Shown piece after piece: positions 28,101 to 41,537 of a stretch of 64,000 nucleotides of DNA. Source of the DNA: Dictyostelium discoideum (Eukaryota); NCBI GenBank assembly GCA_000004695.1, contig CM000153.2, positions 1,184,001 to 1,248,000 of the forward strand, read 5' to 3'. The translations under genes and the position numbers were made by a program. The notes beneath the pieces were generated by a model. The model was not told the DNA's origin and did not search any database. It saw nothing but the letters and a program-made list of their open reading frames with translations. Position 1 is the first letter of the stretch, and every line of letters starts with the position of its first letter.

Positions 28101-31100
28101 TGTTGAGGATGAATGTAGTATTATGTAAAATTGTTGAATAAAGGATTTGCATATATGGAATCATAAATGAAAAACCTTTTTCATAAGATACTATAATCTC
28201 TTCAATAATTAATTTAATGAAACCAACCATTGGTTCTTCATTTGTAGTTGGAGTTGTTTTATTTGTGGTTGTTGTTGTTGTTGTTAATGTTGATGTATCC
28301 ATTGATTCATTATTATTATTATTATTATTATTGTTATTTAAACTCATTGAAATTGCAATTTTAAGTTCTTCATCATATTCAGAATCATCTTGTAAATCTT
28401 GTTGTAATTGTTGATCCTGTTGTTTTTGTTGTTGTGGTGGTTCATTTGTTGATTCTTTTTCATCACCATCTTTCATTGGTTCATCAATTATGAATTCTTT
28501 AAATATATGATCCTTTGGATGGTCTTTTTCTGGATTTTGATAACATTGATTACAAAGATCAAAATCACCACAATTACTACAATTCCATCTTTTACCTGTT
28601 ATTGGATTAATATTACAAAGATCACAAGAGAATAAAACTTCATCAACCATTTGTATATCACCTTCATTTTCTTTATTGGTGTTATCGTTGTCGACAACAT
28701 TTTCATTTGATGATGATGATGGTGGTGGTAATAAATTGGCAACGGTTGAATTATTACCAGATTTCGAAATAAATGAAACTAATATTAAAGATGATCTAGT
28801 TCTAATGATTTCATTTGAATGTGATAATAATGATTTTAATAAGGTAAAGATTAAATCTGTTGAGAAAATCTTTGATCTTTGACAATTCCAAAGTAATTGA
28901 ACTAAATTTGAAATGAAAGAATCAGAGTAGAGTAAAGCATTTGAAGAGACTGCTCCATTATTGCTACCACTTTGGGTATTGGATGGTAATGTTGATGTTG
29001 CTGTTGTTGTTGATGATGATGATGATGCTGATGCTGATGATGATTTACCTTTACTAGAGGATGGAGAGGTTGTATTACGATAGATTGTTAAAAGATCAGA
29101 TAAAAAGTTTGGATGATCTTTGAATAAATATTTCTCTAAATTATTTGGATTTGATGATGAAATCTTTTTCAAAGCTGCAACTAAATAATCCAATTTTTCA
29201 AGATCAGCAGAGTTTGGGATTGTACCACCACTATTTGATAAGATTGATGAAACTGTTTGACTTGCATATTTTAATTGAATACTATGTTTCAATGTTTGAT
29301 AATGTTCACTATTGGTTGAAAGAATCTTTAACAATTTCTTAATAGATGATCTAACAAAAGATAATTGTGAATCTGTAATCATTGATGGAAGAATTGATAA
29401 AGTTTTCTCTTTAAGTTCAATGAATTTTTGACTGTCATCATTGGCTACATGATTTGAGAAATAGTTTTTCAAAGAATTAAAGCAGTGAAGTATAACAATT
29501 TCTAATGGTGTATGTTTATCAGCAGTTGAATCATTTGTGCCAGCAACACCGCCACCACTACCACCTGCACTTGTGGATAAACCAGAACTTGTAACATTTT
29601 CATCTACAGTTGGGAATTCATCATCGGAATCATCTGAATCATTGAAACCAAGGGAATCTTTATTTTTAGCGTAAACTTCAACTTGATCGATGATTGGTGA
29701 TGTTCCCATTGTAAATGTTGATCCAGCAGTAAAAGAAACCTTTTTAATGGATCTTAAAGTTTCTTCAGTGGTGAATGGAATATCATACCATCTTCTTTGA
29801 CCTTCCTTTAATTGAATAGTACGATTGAAAACTCTAATCTCTGTTGGGATATGCTTAGTGGATGCATTACCAACCAAAATACGAATACCACAAATAGCAT
29901 TATTGAAATTATTATTCATAATGACCAAAGTAAGGGTTTCTAATGATTGACAAACAATGTATTCATCATTTGAGGCAAGTTTTTGTTTAATTACATCTTG
30001 AGAGAACCATTGTAATGGATCGCCACCATATTTAACATTTGGTGTTATACATTCTGTACTTTCAAAGAAATCAATTGGGAATACTGGTGAAGTTGTTGTT
30101 GTTGTTGTTGGTTGTAATAATAATGATGAAAGTGGTGGTGGAGATTTTATAACAGCTGATGTGGATGTTGTAGATGATGATACAGTAGCAACATTGTTAC
30201 CACTACTATTAATACTACTACCACTATTATTCTTATTAATTGAATCTTGATATTTTGATTTCAAATATAAAAGAATATCTAAACCTTTTTTATCAGACTC
30301 ATTGATTGAATCAGTGGTGGTTGAGGTTGTTGGTAATGGTTGTTGAATGGTATTTTCAAGATTAAAGTCATATCTACCAATTGAACCATCATCAAATAGA
30401 ATTAATAATTTTGGAGAAGAACGATTTAAAATGGTCATACCCTCTACTCTTTGAGTAAGTTTAAGATTTTGAATGGAAATATCTTTTGTACCCATTTTGA
30501 AACCCAATAAATAACCACCACGTGCTGCTAAACAAGCATAAACATTTGGAAACATTGGTGATAAATTGATAAAGTATTGAGCTGGCATTGGTAATTTCTT
30601 TGCTGGATCCATGATTGGGAATGAACGAGTTACGTTGGTCATTGTATCATTGACTTGGAAAGCATAACATTCACCATTGGTATAACTTGCAATCACTAAA
30701 TCCAAATCGATATTATAGTGAACACTAACACCCGCTGAAATTTTATTGATTGGCACTTGGAGAGTTTCAATCATAATACAAGATTCATTATCGATTGAAT
30801 CTTCAATGGCTTGGAAATATAATAAACCATAGTTACTAAGGGCGAGGATATGATTTTTACCATTCTTTTGAACCAAACACATATCTTTGATAGAGTCTTC
30901 GAGTAGAGAGAAGAAATGAATTGGTGAGAGATTATCTTTAGAGAGATCATAAATCTTGATAAACTCGTTGGTTACAATTGCCAATTCAACTTGACTACCA
31001 ATGATCCATTCAACCTTTATAATATAAATAGTTTCACCTAAAGCATCCAAAGATAAATCGATTACCAATTGATCGACAATTTCATCCTTTTGATTGATAG

Positions 31101-34100
31101 TGAGGATCTTTACTTCTTTGAAACCAACAACTGCAAGGAATCTTTCATTGAGTGGATTGAATACCATACTAACGATTGGATAGGCTACGGAACTCTTTGA
31201 TAATGCCTTGCTAAATGAATGTTTATCCAATTGTGCATCATCATCTAAAATCTTTGAAGAATTAAACAATGAAACAGAATCACCTTCAGCAATTGCCAAT
31301 AAACCTTTGGAAGTTGAAGCTATTGCTTTTCTTTGGATTGGTCCACTTGAGAGGAAAGTCTTTAATTGATTACCTTCAACACCTTCAAGTTTGAGTTTAG
31401 CTTCAAAAGTACCATTTTTTGATACTTTTTTAGTGGTAAAGATATCAGTCTTTGAAATGATTTCTCTACTACTGATGGATTGGGTTGAAGATTCTTCAAA
31501 CACCTCTAATTTATTACTATTTGAATCTGATTGTGGTTTAATAAGGTCTGTTTGTACTTTTTTATACATTTCAATTAATTTTGGATAAAGTTCTGATAAT
31601 TTTGAAATGATATTAGATTTATCATTAAAGATTTCATTGAATAATTGTTCTTTATCTTGTTGAGTTGGTAAATTGAAAAAGTAATTATTAATCGATGAGA
31701 ATGTATTACCACTACCTGTGGTACCATTGTTATTATTATTATTATTATTATTAAATGATGGTGATGAATTTGACGAAGATGATGATAAACTATCTGGAAT
31801 AATTGGTTGATCATTAGTATTTGTTGCTGATGAAGTTGTTGAAGCTACTTGTTGTTCTTCTTGTTGTTGTTGTGGTTGTTGTTCAGCTGCAACATTCTTT
31901 TGTTGGTCTTGAGGTGGTTGTTGTGGTTGTTGTTGTTGTTGTTGTTGTTGTAATTGTTTTGGTGGTGAATAAAGTCTTGGTTTAAGAGCTTTACATGGAT
32001 TACCTTTACCTGCTCCAGCACCACAATCACAAAAGAATCTACTATATCTACTATAACTAACTTGATGACCTTTATGACAAACTTTAACACAAACTGAGCA
32101 ACAACCTTCAGAGAATTTCAAACCACAAGTATAACAAAAATACCAATGTTGATCAATATAATCATTTTTAGTGAATGTATAAGTACAAACTTTTGAAGAG
32201 AGTTTTCTTTCTTCATCATCCTCTTCACCAGTGTTTTCATTACCATTAACAACTTTTTCATCCTCTGAAAGATATTGAAGTTCATCTTCATCTTCTTCAT
32301 CCATTACTTCGACATCATCCTTTAATATATCTTCATCTACAACGTTTGTTATTGAGGACTTATCAACCATCACTTCATCCTTACGACTATGATGGTGATG
32401 GTGGTGATGGTTACTATGATGACAACCACCACTATGATGCTGTTGGTCACTTGAAGGTTTTTTCAAAGATTTTGATAAATCTAAAATATTTTCAATAAAT
32501 TCTACTAAAAGATTTAATGATTCCAATTGGTCAATAGTTGGATTGGTTAAGAGTGGTGATGAAAGATTGGAGATTTCATTGAATAATTTCAAAAGTTGAT
32601 GTTGTCCCATTGCAATGAATTGTAATAATTCAAAGTAACCTTTGAGTAATTTTGGTTGATCAATCCAAACCGTAAAAGCATTATTTAGAGATGATAATAA
32701 GACATCGAAAAGTGTCAAAGCAAATGATGTTACCTTTTCATCCCAATCAACAAATTCTAAAGAAGGTGGTGAAGATGATGCAGTTAAAGCTGGTGAAGAA
32801 TTACTATCTTGACCAGAAGTGATTGGTGTTTTCTTACCAGGTATTTTAGTTGGTGTACTACTTCCACTTGATCTCTTCTTTTTCTTTCCTTCAGACTCTT
32901 GAAGTAATTGTTGTTGTAAAAGTTCTTCAGACTCTTTAGCTGCCAAAGCTGCTGCTGCTTGTTGTTGTAAATAATCCTTTGAATAACATGATAAATCTTT
33001 ATTACCAATTAATAAACCAATTAATCTTATAATTTGTTCTTGAATTGAAACTGTTGAATTAATTTTACCAGATTTTTCTTCAACCTTATTATTATTATTA
33101 TTGTTGTTATTTAAAATGATTTCAATATCCATTTTTTCTGTACCATTTGTTGCTGTTGAATTTTTTTCAAAATTATTAATACCTAAAAGTTTTTGTTCAA
33201 ACCATAACTTTAAATCATTAATTGGAATTTTACTAAAAGTTGTAATACAATGAGATCTAAATGATGTGAAAAATTCTGATGGTGTTGAGATTGACATAAA
33301 ATGGACCAAAGCCGATAAAACTTTAAGATTAAACTTTTCACATGGATTATTGAAAAGAACAGAGATTAAAAGTTGAAGATTACCAGTTGGTAAAACAAAT
33401 TCGAAATCTCTAGTACCACGTGCTACTGAACCATTGAAACCAGAAATATAATAACAATAGATATGAGATCCATTCAATTTTGACATTGATATTAAAGAAT
33501 CGACATAACCAATTAAAACTGTTAATAGATATGAATTCTCTGATAAAAATTTGTTACTACTGTTATTGGATGGAGAAAAAGTTGGATCAATTAAAATCTT
33601 TGAAATGGATTCAAAGTTTGCCAATTTAATTTGATTGATAAGATAACCAGATTGAGCACCACTAATCAATGATGAATAGTTATCATAATGATCCTTTAAG
33701 AAAGAGAATGATCTATCAGTGGAGATATAAACTTGTTCAAAGATTAATTCACTAACTTTGGAGAGTATTGGTTTTGTTGAATCTGGATTTGTCTCGGTAA
33801 CATTATCCCAATGGACCAATGCTTGATTTGAAAGAGTTAGGAGTAATCTAATTATCGATTGAAGTGCTACACTATAAACTTTACCCTCTGTAAAGGATGG
33901 GTTATATGGTTGAACTGACCAACCAAACAATTGTTTTTGATCCTTTGGTACCAATGGATCTGGTTTATATTCTTCATCCCATTTCTCTACAGTATTTCTA
34001 TCATCTGTTGAGAAATCCAAAGACTTCATTACCTCTAAAACTTCGGTTTTTGATGATAATATATACAATTCTTGAATGAGTTTAACATGTAATGCATTGG

Positions 34101-37100
34101 AATGATTTGATAATTGTTCAATCAATGATTTTTTATAGATACCTCTATAATGACCTAAAGTATCAATTATAAAATTGATTAAACTTGGTAATAATGTTGA
34201 AATATTTGAACGAATTGTTGATTCTTTTGTTGTTGCTGTTGCTGTTGTTGTTGCTGCTGCTGCTGTGGTTGTTGTCGTAGGAACTGTAGATGAAGAAGAT
34301 TTTAAATTATCTTTATTTTGTTCTTTTTCACTCTCTTCAGAATCTTCATCTTCATCATTCTCAGAATCGTCTTCATCCATTTCTTCTTCTTCTTCCTCAT
34401 CTTCTTCTTCATCATCGTCATCATTAAATAGTGATTCCCAACCATCGAAATAACTATCACCACCTCCACTTGTATCAACATTACCAGAGGATTCTGCCAA
34501 TTTTTTATTAATATTCAAAGAGGTACCAACATCGAAAACCTTTGTAAGATAAGCTAATGAACTTTGAACAATACCATTTACTCTTAAAGAGCTATCGGAT
34601 GGTGTACCACCATTATATTTGAAATGAGTTAAAATATTTTCAGTATGTGCCAACCACGGTATTTCAGGATTATTACATTGAGAAGGATAGATTGATTTCA
34701 AATAAGTGATAAAGATTGGTGAAGTGTTGCTAACGGTTGTAAAGGTTTGTGGATCTTTAATTGCCTTTAAAAATGAAAGTGATAATGGAAGACAACTTAA
34801 AAACTTTAAACTTGATGCCACAATATAATCAAAATACAAAGAATCCAATGAACTACCATCTTGTGTACTCTTTACAGTTGGAGTTAAAGAACATAATGAC
34901 ACTATATTATTATAAAATTGTTCATAACAATTATCATTATTTGTTGATTTTTGTAATAAACTAGTAATCTTTTCAAGATTATTTGAATGATTAAACCAAT
35001 CTTCATTATTAGTTGGTATTGATGTTGTTGATGGAGTAGTAGTTGTTGTTGTTGTTGTAGTATTAGTTGGAGTAATTGGTGATAATATATTATTACTTGA
35101 TGAATTTATAGATTTTGATGGTGAAGTTAAAGTATTATTTGGTGGTGGAATGAAATAAAGATCATAAAACTCGGGTAATCCAATCAAACCATCATTATTT
35201 ATAAAAGCAGATTTTTTAATTAATTTTTCAATTGTACCACTATAGTTTAGATTTACAATTGAAAGTTTATAAAATTCACCCACTTGGTAATTTGACTTTT
35301 TAAATGATAACAATTGACTATTGAATAATTTTGAGAGTATTGGATTCACAGTTTCAAAATTAAAGAGTATATAATTGAATACCATTAAACATCTTGAGAG
35401 CATTAAAGAGTTTGGAAGGAATGATTGATCAGATTTGACTTTACAAACGATTTCATTAAATGATTGACATAATGTTGAAACTATACCCAAACGATGTTTC
35501 TCATCCAAAGTATGGAAAGAGAATAAAAGTAATAAAATATAATCCAATGAAATCACCTCTTTGAATGGGGATGAAACCAATGAAACCTCTCTGATAACTC
35601 TTGAGGAATTCTTTAAAAAGCCATCCCAAAGGCTAACCACCATTACGCTATTGGTGGCACCAACGACCATTGTTGATTGTTTCTTTACAAATATCCAAGC
35701 TATCCAAGCCAATTGTTCCTTTGGAAGAGTTAAAAGTTGAGAATCAACAGAGGTGAATACAAACCCAATGAATTGATCCAACAATGTATCACTAATGATT
35801 GAATTTTTACATAAAAGGAAGCAAATATTTGTTAATAACTTAAAAACGGTTGAATTCTTTGATTTTGGTGCCATTATTGATGGATTACTAGATGGTGCTA
35901 TCAATGTGAACAATATTCTTAAATGAGTTAAAGTCAAGTGGTTCTTTGTAAACTCTTTATACATTGGATCATCTTGTAAGAGATAAATAAAGCTTAAAAG
36001 GTTAAATATTTTACATTTCATAATATCTTCATCATGATCACCATCATCATTAGATGATTCTTTAATATTTGAATTTGCTGGAGTACTAATGATAGTTGCA
36101 TTTGTTGTTGTTGTTGTAGTTGAGGATTTTGGTGTTCCTTCATTAACTTTATTACTACTACTTCTAATTGAAGTACTTGATTGATCAAATAATCCTCCAA
36201 ATAAATCATCTTCTCCAAAATAGGAATCATTAATTTTAATTGGTGGTGATTTTTTACTATTGCTTTTACTATCATTATTATTATTATTATTATTTACAAT
36301 TGGAATAGGTGTTGATGATCGAGTTGTTTCCATTGGTATGGATTCATTTGTTGTTGTTGTAGTTGTTGTTGTTGTTGCTGTTGTTGTGGTTGTGGTTGAT
36401 TTCGTTGGTTTAAAATAACATAAATATAAAATATTGAATAAAGTATCGAGTAATTGTGGTTTAATAAATAATTTAAATAAAGAATCTTTTGAAAATAATT
36501 GTTTGTTTTCATTTGAAAAATCAAACCAACCCTCAACACCAGTTCCATCCAATGGTTCTGATAATAAAAATTTAGTGGTTGGTTTTTCAACACCTGTAAT
36601 AGTACTCTGATCAACAGTTGAATCAATTTTTAACAATTCATTAAAATCTACATTGTTGTTGTTGTTGTTATTATTTTGAATCTCTGTAATTTCTCTAATA
36701 TTTTTGAATACCAAGTCAATTGCTAAAATAATCAATTGTGGGTTCAAAACTAAATACTCTTTATCCAATGGTGTTGATTGATCTCTTTCTAAAAGTTTGA
36801 CAATGTCAATTTTCATTTTATTTACATCTGATAAAATACATAATGAAAAGAATATCTCTGCTTTAATTTGTAAACCTGGATAATCTAATTTACTACCTAA
36901 AACTTCAAATATATTTTCAAATAACTATTAAAAAAAATTAAAAATAAAATTGTAATTAATATTTTTTTTTTTTGTTTTTGTTTTGATTTTGATTTTGTTT
37001 TAAAAAAAAAAAAAAAAAATACAAACATGTTTTGATAAAAATTTAGAATCATTATTATAATAAGATAAATTATTTGAAATTGAAAAAGATTGGAAAGATC

Positions 37101-38175
37101 TAAGAGTTCCAATTAAATTTCCCAAGAAATCAATGGTCCAAGGTGCAGTTTGTTTATCTAATGAATCAAATCCTTCAGAGAATATAATATCTTGAACATT
37201 GCTCATAAAATCTTGAATCAAAGTTTGATTCTTTTTGAATGTTTCAAACTTTTCAACAGTAGATGGTGATGTTAAATCTGCATGATAGGGTACCAAAAGT
37301 TTAGAACAAATTGATAACAATCTTGAAGATCCAAATAATTTATTATTGAAATAATTTGAATTAACTTTGGCGAATGTTTCCATTCCTCCTTCACCATTAC
37401 CACAATTACTATATGATTCTGGTTGTGTGATTGTTGATGATGGTAGTGGTTGTGTTGTTATTGTTGATGTTGGAGTTGGTGGTGGTGGTGGTAATGTGGA
37501 TGGTTTAAATGATGGTATCATTGTTTCATTTAAGCCTTCTACTTTTAATCCTTCATTTAAAAATTGACTAAAGATATTACTATTAGAAGTAGAAGTTGTT
37601 GTTGTTGTTGCTATTGTTGGCTTCTCTATATTTGTTGTGGTAATAGGTATTGGTGAAGAAGCGATTGGTTTTGAAGATTCTTTATCCTCTTTTTTGTTCT
37701 CTTTGTTGTCTTGGTTATTTGAGTCTAATATCTCATCTAATTCAGAAACATTTAAAAAAGAAGGTATGTTATCAAAGGTTTTATCAATTTCAGTTGATGG
37801 AAATTCAATACAACATAACATATCAATAACTGATAATAATGTTAGAGGTGTTAATTTCTTACTATTATTACTTTGATTATTGTCGTCTGTTTTATTATTG
37901 CTATTATTATCATTATTATTATTATTATTAATATTTGGAATGGTTGATAAATCAATATCACCATTTCCCCATTTCTCTAAAATGTTTAAACAAAATTCAA
38001 TTGTATCTTTACAAAATATTTCGAATTCATTTTCAACTATAATAAAATTAATAATAAAAAAATAGGTTAGCAAAATATAAAAATTAAAAATCTCCAAAAA
38101 AAAAAAAAAAAAAAAAATATGTTTTTGTTATTTTTTTAAAAAATTTGTGGAAATTAACTTTTTTTTGGAAGAAAG

Positions 38176-38231
<56 letters not shown>

Positions 38232-38335
38232 TGAGCTGAACTGAATTGAATTGAGAAAATATTGAGATAAAAACGATTTATTATTGATGATGAGAGATAG
38301 AATTGAGATTGAAAATATGAGAATAAAAAGATAAC

Positions 38336-38366
<31 letters not shown>

Positions 38367-38609
38367 AACAACAAATAATTGATAATTACCTTTATCTTTT
38401 TCTTTACCATTAAAAACTATATTGAAGGAAATTGATTCCAATATTTTTGAAAGGAAATAGATTTGATCCAATAACAATTCCTTTGATTTTAATAAGGCGA
38501 GAAGAGGCTTTAAATTTTTAACTATTGTATCTTTTTTCAATAAACCAGTTAATTCTTTAAAATATGTACTAATTTTATCTTCTGGTGGTTGTTTTTCTGC
38601 TTCTCCCAT
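20398..38609 (-). CDS. Giant UBR4/p600/Calossin-type E3 ubiquitin ligase (N-recognin 4 homologue), about 5,800 aa. Five exons: 38609..38390, 38036..37027, 36924..26839 (10.1 kb), 26751..26595, 26390..20398.
   Basis: ATG at 38609 (MGEAEKQPPEDK...). Donors GTAATT, GTTTGT (37026-37021), GTAAGT (26838-26833), GTTTGT (26594-26589). Exon 3 holds a UBR box (CTYTFTKNDYIDQHWYFCYTCGLKFSEGCCSVCVKVCHKGHQVSYSRYSRFFCDCGAGAGKGNPC, about 32000-32200) and a ZZ zinc finger (CDLCNINPITGKRWNCSNCGDFDLCNQCYQ, about 28520-28610). The last exon matches the human UBR4 C-terminus: [83 protein letters not shown], and [28 protein letters not shown] near the end. The track ORFs 26770..36816, 20398..26307, 37000..38097 and 38154..38609 are all pieces of this gene. 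Confidence 0.85.
26445..26580. repeat. Tandem 14-bp repeat (AACAATTAAAAAAA)n: about 4 copies, then 2 more after a 50-bp spacer. It sits inside a UBR4 intron.
   Basis: acaattaaaaaaaacaattaaaaaaaacaattaaaaaaaacaattaaaaaaaa ... acaattaaaaaaaacaattaaaaaaaa. Confidence 0.7.
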
Positions 38610-38617
38610 TTCTACAT

Positions 38618-38673
38618 TTTTATTATTATTATTATTACTATTATTGTTATTATTATTGTTATTATTGTTGTTA

Positions 38674-38705
<32 letters not shown>

Positions 38706-38735
38706 GTTATTGTTATTATTATCCTATTTTTGAAA
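38618..38735. repeat. (ATT)n / ATTATTGTT-type triplet microsatellite immediately upstream of the UBR4 start.
   Basis: attattattattattactattattgttattattattgttattattgttgtt... at 38618-38735. Confidence 0.8.
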
Positions 38736-38996
38736 AAAAAATAATAAAAAAGTAAAAGAAAAAAAAAAATTGTATAAAAATATAATAAAAAAAAAATAAA
38801 ATAAAATAAAATAAAATAAAAAAAAAAAAAAGGGTTAGATGAATAATCTTTTTTTAAATGAATAAAATTAAAGAATGAAAATAATACATACCATTAAACT
38901 TTCACTTAATGCAATTGCTAATAAAAGATCAGGGTCCATTATGTGATTTTTTTCAACAAATAATGGAATTGTGTGTTTTTAATTAAATAAGAAAAA

Positions 38997-38999
<3 letters not shown>

Positions 39000-39035
<36 letters not shown>

Positions 39036-39054
39036 TTTTAATTTAAAAAAATTA

Positions 39055-39108
<54 letters not shown>

Positions 39109-39148
39109 TTTTTTTATGTTTTTAAAACCCCCCCCCCCAAAAAAAAAA

Positions 39149-39186
<38 letters not shown>

Positions 39187-39262
39187 TACCCAATGGAAAT
39201 TTTTAAAAAAACCAAAAAAACCATTAAAATTTTATTTTTTTTAAAAAAAATTTTTGGTTATT

Positions 39263-39300
<38 letters not shown>
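39000..39300. other. Second anomalous homopolymer island (A40+, C10, T40+, interspersed ccc/ggg). Suspected low-quality or gap-fill sequence.
   Basis: ...tttttttttatgtttttaaaacccccccccaaaaaaaaaaaaattaaaa...aatttttacccaatggaaatttttaaaaaaaccaaaaaaaccattaaaatttt... Same character as 11560-11830. Confidence 0.4.
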
Positions 39301-39304
<4 letters not shown>

Positions 39305-39396
39305 TTGAGTGTACAAAATGATTACCATTATTAATAGTTGGTTAAATTACTATTATTATTATTGAGAAGGGATGTTGAGTAATTTGAAGTATCAAC

Positions 39397-39444
<48 letters not shown>

Positions 39445-39476
39445 ATTATTATTACTATTTTTATTATTTAAATTAT

Positions 39477-40134
39477 TTAGAAAAGATTATTTGTACTCTT
39501 TGGAAGTGGTTCATCGGTATCAATTTCTGATTCTTCGAAACGAAGAACTTTTCTATCGATTGGGACACCAAATTCATTTTCAATTTTAGAGATATTCTTA
39601 TTGATACTTCTGACATTTCTAATATCGAAACCTTCCATGGCTTTAATGTTATGGAAGAATACTTTATTATCTTTAATACGTGGTGCTGTCAATGGGTATG
39701 GTTCTGTTTCATAGAATAATTTCTCTGCTTTCTCTTCTGCTGTTAAATTTTCAGTTGGTGCATCTAATGTTGGTTGTTTTCTTAATGATAAAACTTCACC
39801 TCTCTTTTTTAAAAATTTGTAAACTCTTGTTAATGGACGTGTTTTTACAAATTGTTTATTGGTAATATCTGGTGGGGTTTGTGAACTATTTTTTTATTTA
39901 ATATTATTATTATTATTATTATTATTTTAGAATTTATATTAATAAAGCAAACACAACAATAAAATTGTATTATATAGTTTGTCATAGTTCCCATATGTCC
40001 AAAATTACTTACCCTGGTGCTGGATAACGATAATTTGTATCGAAAAAACCTTCATCAGAAGGAATTAACAACTCTCTCATTCTCTTTGGTAAGAAAACTT
40101 TTAATTTTTTAAATTCTTTAATTAATGAAGCCAT
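39477..40134 (-). CDS. Conserved hypothetical small protein, about 176 aa. Two exons: 40134..40013, 39885..39477.
   Basis: ATG at 40134 (MASLIKEFKKLKVFLPKRMRELLIPSDEGFFDTNYRYPAPG). Donor GTAAGT (revcomp ACTTAC at 40007-40012), acceptor AAATAG at 39886-39887, phase 2 consistent with track ORF 39477..39692 (track 'M' is TTG). Product SSQTPPDITNKQFVKTRPLTRVYKFLKKRGEV...RIKDNKVFFHNIKAMEGFDIRNV...; no family confidently recognised (possibly a mitochondrial ribosomal or assembly factor). Confidence 0.5.
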
Positions 40135-40238
40135 GTTATATTTTATATTGAGCGCCCAATATTAAATAATCGAATAAGTGATTTGGAAAAAGAAAAAAAA
40201 AAAAAAAAAAAATGAAAAAAAAAAAAAAAAAAAAATTG

Positions 40239-40270
<32 letters not shown>

Positions 40271-40604
40271 AAAAAAAAAATTGAAAAAAAAAAAAAAAAA
40301 TAAATGATCTGACCCAAACCAACTAACAGTGAATAAAGGGGAATTTAATATGAAAATTGGTTATTAATATAAATCATTAATATTTTTTTGAAAATCAATT
40401 TTAAGTTCAATTAATTAACAAAAAAATAAAAAAATAAATGTATACACTTTTTTTTTTATTTTTTTAATATCATGGTTTTATCCTTACAAAAAAATTTCTT
40501 TTTATATATATTTTTCCAGTTTTGTTTTTTTTTTTTTTTTTTTATCTAAAAAACATTGTTTTTTAATATATCTAAATATGGAAAATTAAATATTACCCCA
40601 CCCC

Positions 40605-40639
<35 letters not shown>

Positions 40640-41062
40640 AATTGGTAATCCCCTTTGTTTTTCCCACCAACCAATTATTCTTTTTTTTTTTTTTTCCAAA
40701 TAACTTTTTTTAAGAATTGTTTTTTCCTAAATTTTATTAAAATAAATGTAATAAATAATTTTTTAAAATTTTTAAAATAAATAAAAAAAAAACCATTTCA
40801 ATTTATCATAAAGATTCAACAACCGATCTATTGCAAAGACTAACCACTGGGATTATGAGAATCACCCTATGATTTTACTGAATATGGAAAAACTGGGCAA
40901 TAAAAGCATGTGTTCCAGAATTTCAAAATATTAAATAGAAAAATCGACTACAAACCAATTTATTTATTTATTAATACCTTCATAAACCCGCAACTAAACA
41001 CATCCATTTATAAAATTTCTTTTTTTTTATATTAGGGATGATTATTAATTTTAGGATTACTT

Positions 41063-41254
41063 TTGGCATTAAATATTTCATCAGTAGTATCACAAAACAA
41101 ATGGGATGCGGAATGTATTGCTGAGTGTCTTTCTATTAACCCAACTTATCAAAAGGATTGCACAAACATAAATATAAAAGGAGGAAATGATTGCCAACTT
41201 TTAACTAAAAAATGCCAAATAGATTGTGTTAATAATTTCAGACTTAATTTTTAA
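41063..41254 (+). CDS. Hypothetical small Cys-rich (7 Cys) secreted-type peptide exon. An upstream signal-peptide exon probably exists but was not resolved.
   Basis: Open frame LGLLLALNISSVVSQNKWDAECIAECLSINPTYQKDCTNINIKGGNDCQLLTKKCQIDCVNNF with TATTAG / TTTTAG acceptor-like motifs just upstream. The track 'M' is TTG and no in-frame ATG is present. Confidence 0.25.
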   Translation: MALNISSVVSQNKWDAECIAECLSINPTYQKDCTNINIKGGNDCQLLTKKCQIDCVNNFRLNF

Positions 41255-41395
41255 ATTTTTCATTCAATCAAAAAAACAAAAAAATAATAATAAATTTTAA
41301 AAACAATTTTTTTATTAATTAAATTAATTAATTATATAATTTTATTTTGAATTTAAACTCACTTCTTCCATTTTTTTTTTTTTTTTTTATTTAAT

Positions 41396-41403
41396 ATTGA
41401 AGA

Positions 41404-41470
<67 letters not shown>
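41396..41470. repeat. Poly(T) tract of about 70 nt, preceded by ATATTGAAGATC. The same 12-mer plus poly(T) recurs at 41528-41570.
   Basis: Direct read of the sequence. Confidence 0.8.
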
Positions 41471-41537
41471 CATTTAATATTTATTTTTTTGGGTTGTCTC
41501 ATGCTTTTGGCAAAAAATAAATAATATATATTGAAGA

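Noticed and set aside
38220-38340. GC-richer block with TTGAG/ATTGAGA degenerate repeats (ggcctgagctgaactgaattgaattgagaaaatattgagat...).
   Set aside because: It lies inside UBR4 intron 1 with no ORF or RNA-like structure evident. It might be an intronic regulatory or degenerate repeat, but the evidence is insufficient to call a feature.
40001-40023. U1-snRNA-like 5' end motif (ACTTACCCTGG).
   Set aside because: It is simply the reverse complement of the minus-strand splice donor CCAGG|GTAAGT of the two-exon gene at 39477-40134. There are no downstream Sm site or stem-loops.
40840-40925. Possible tRNA (AGTGGTTAG-like D-loop on the minus strand).
   Set aside because: No acceptor stem, anticodon arm or GTTCRANNC T-loop could be built, and no tRNA-like sequence was found anywhere in the window.
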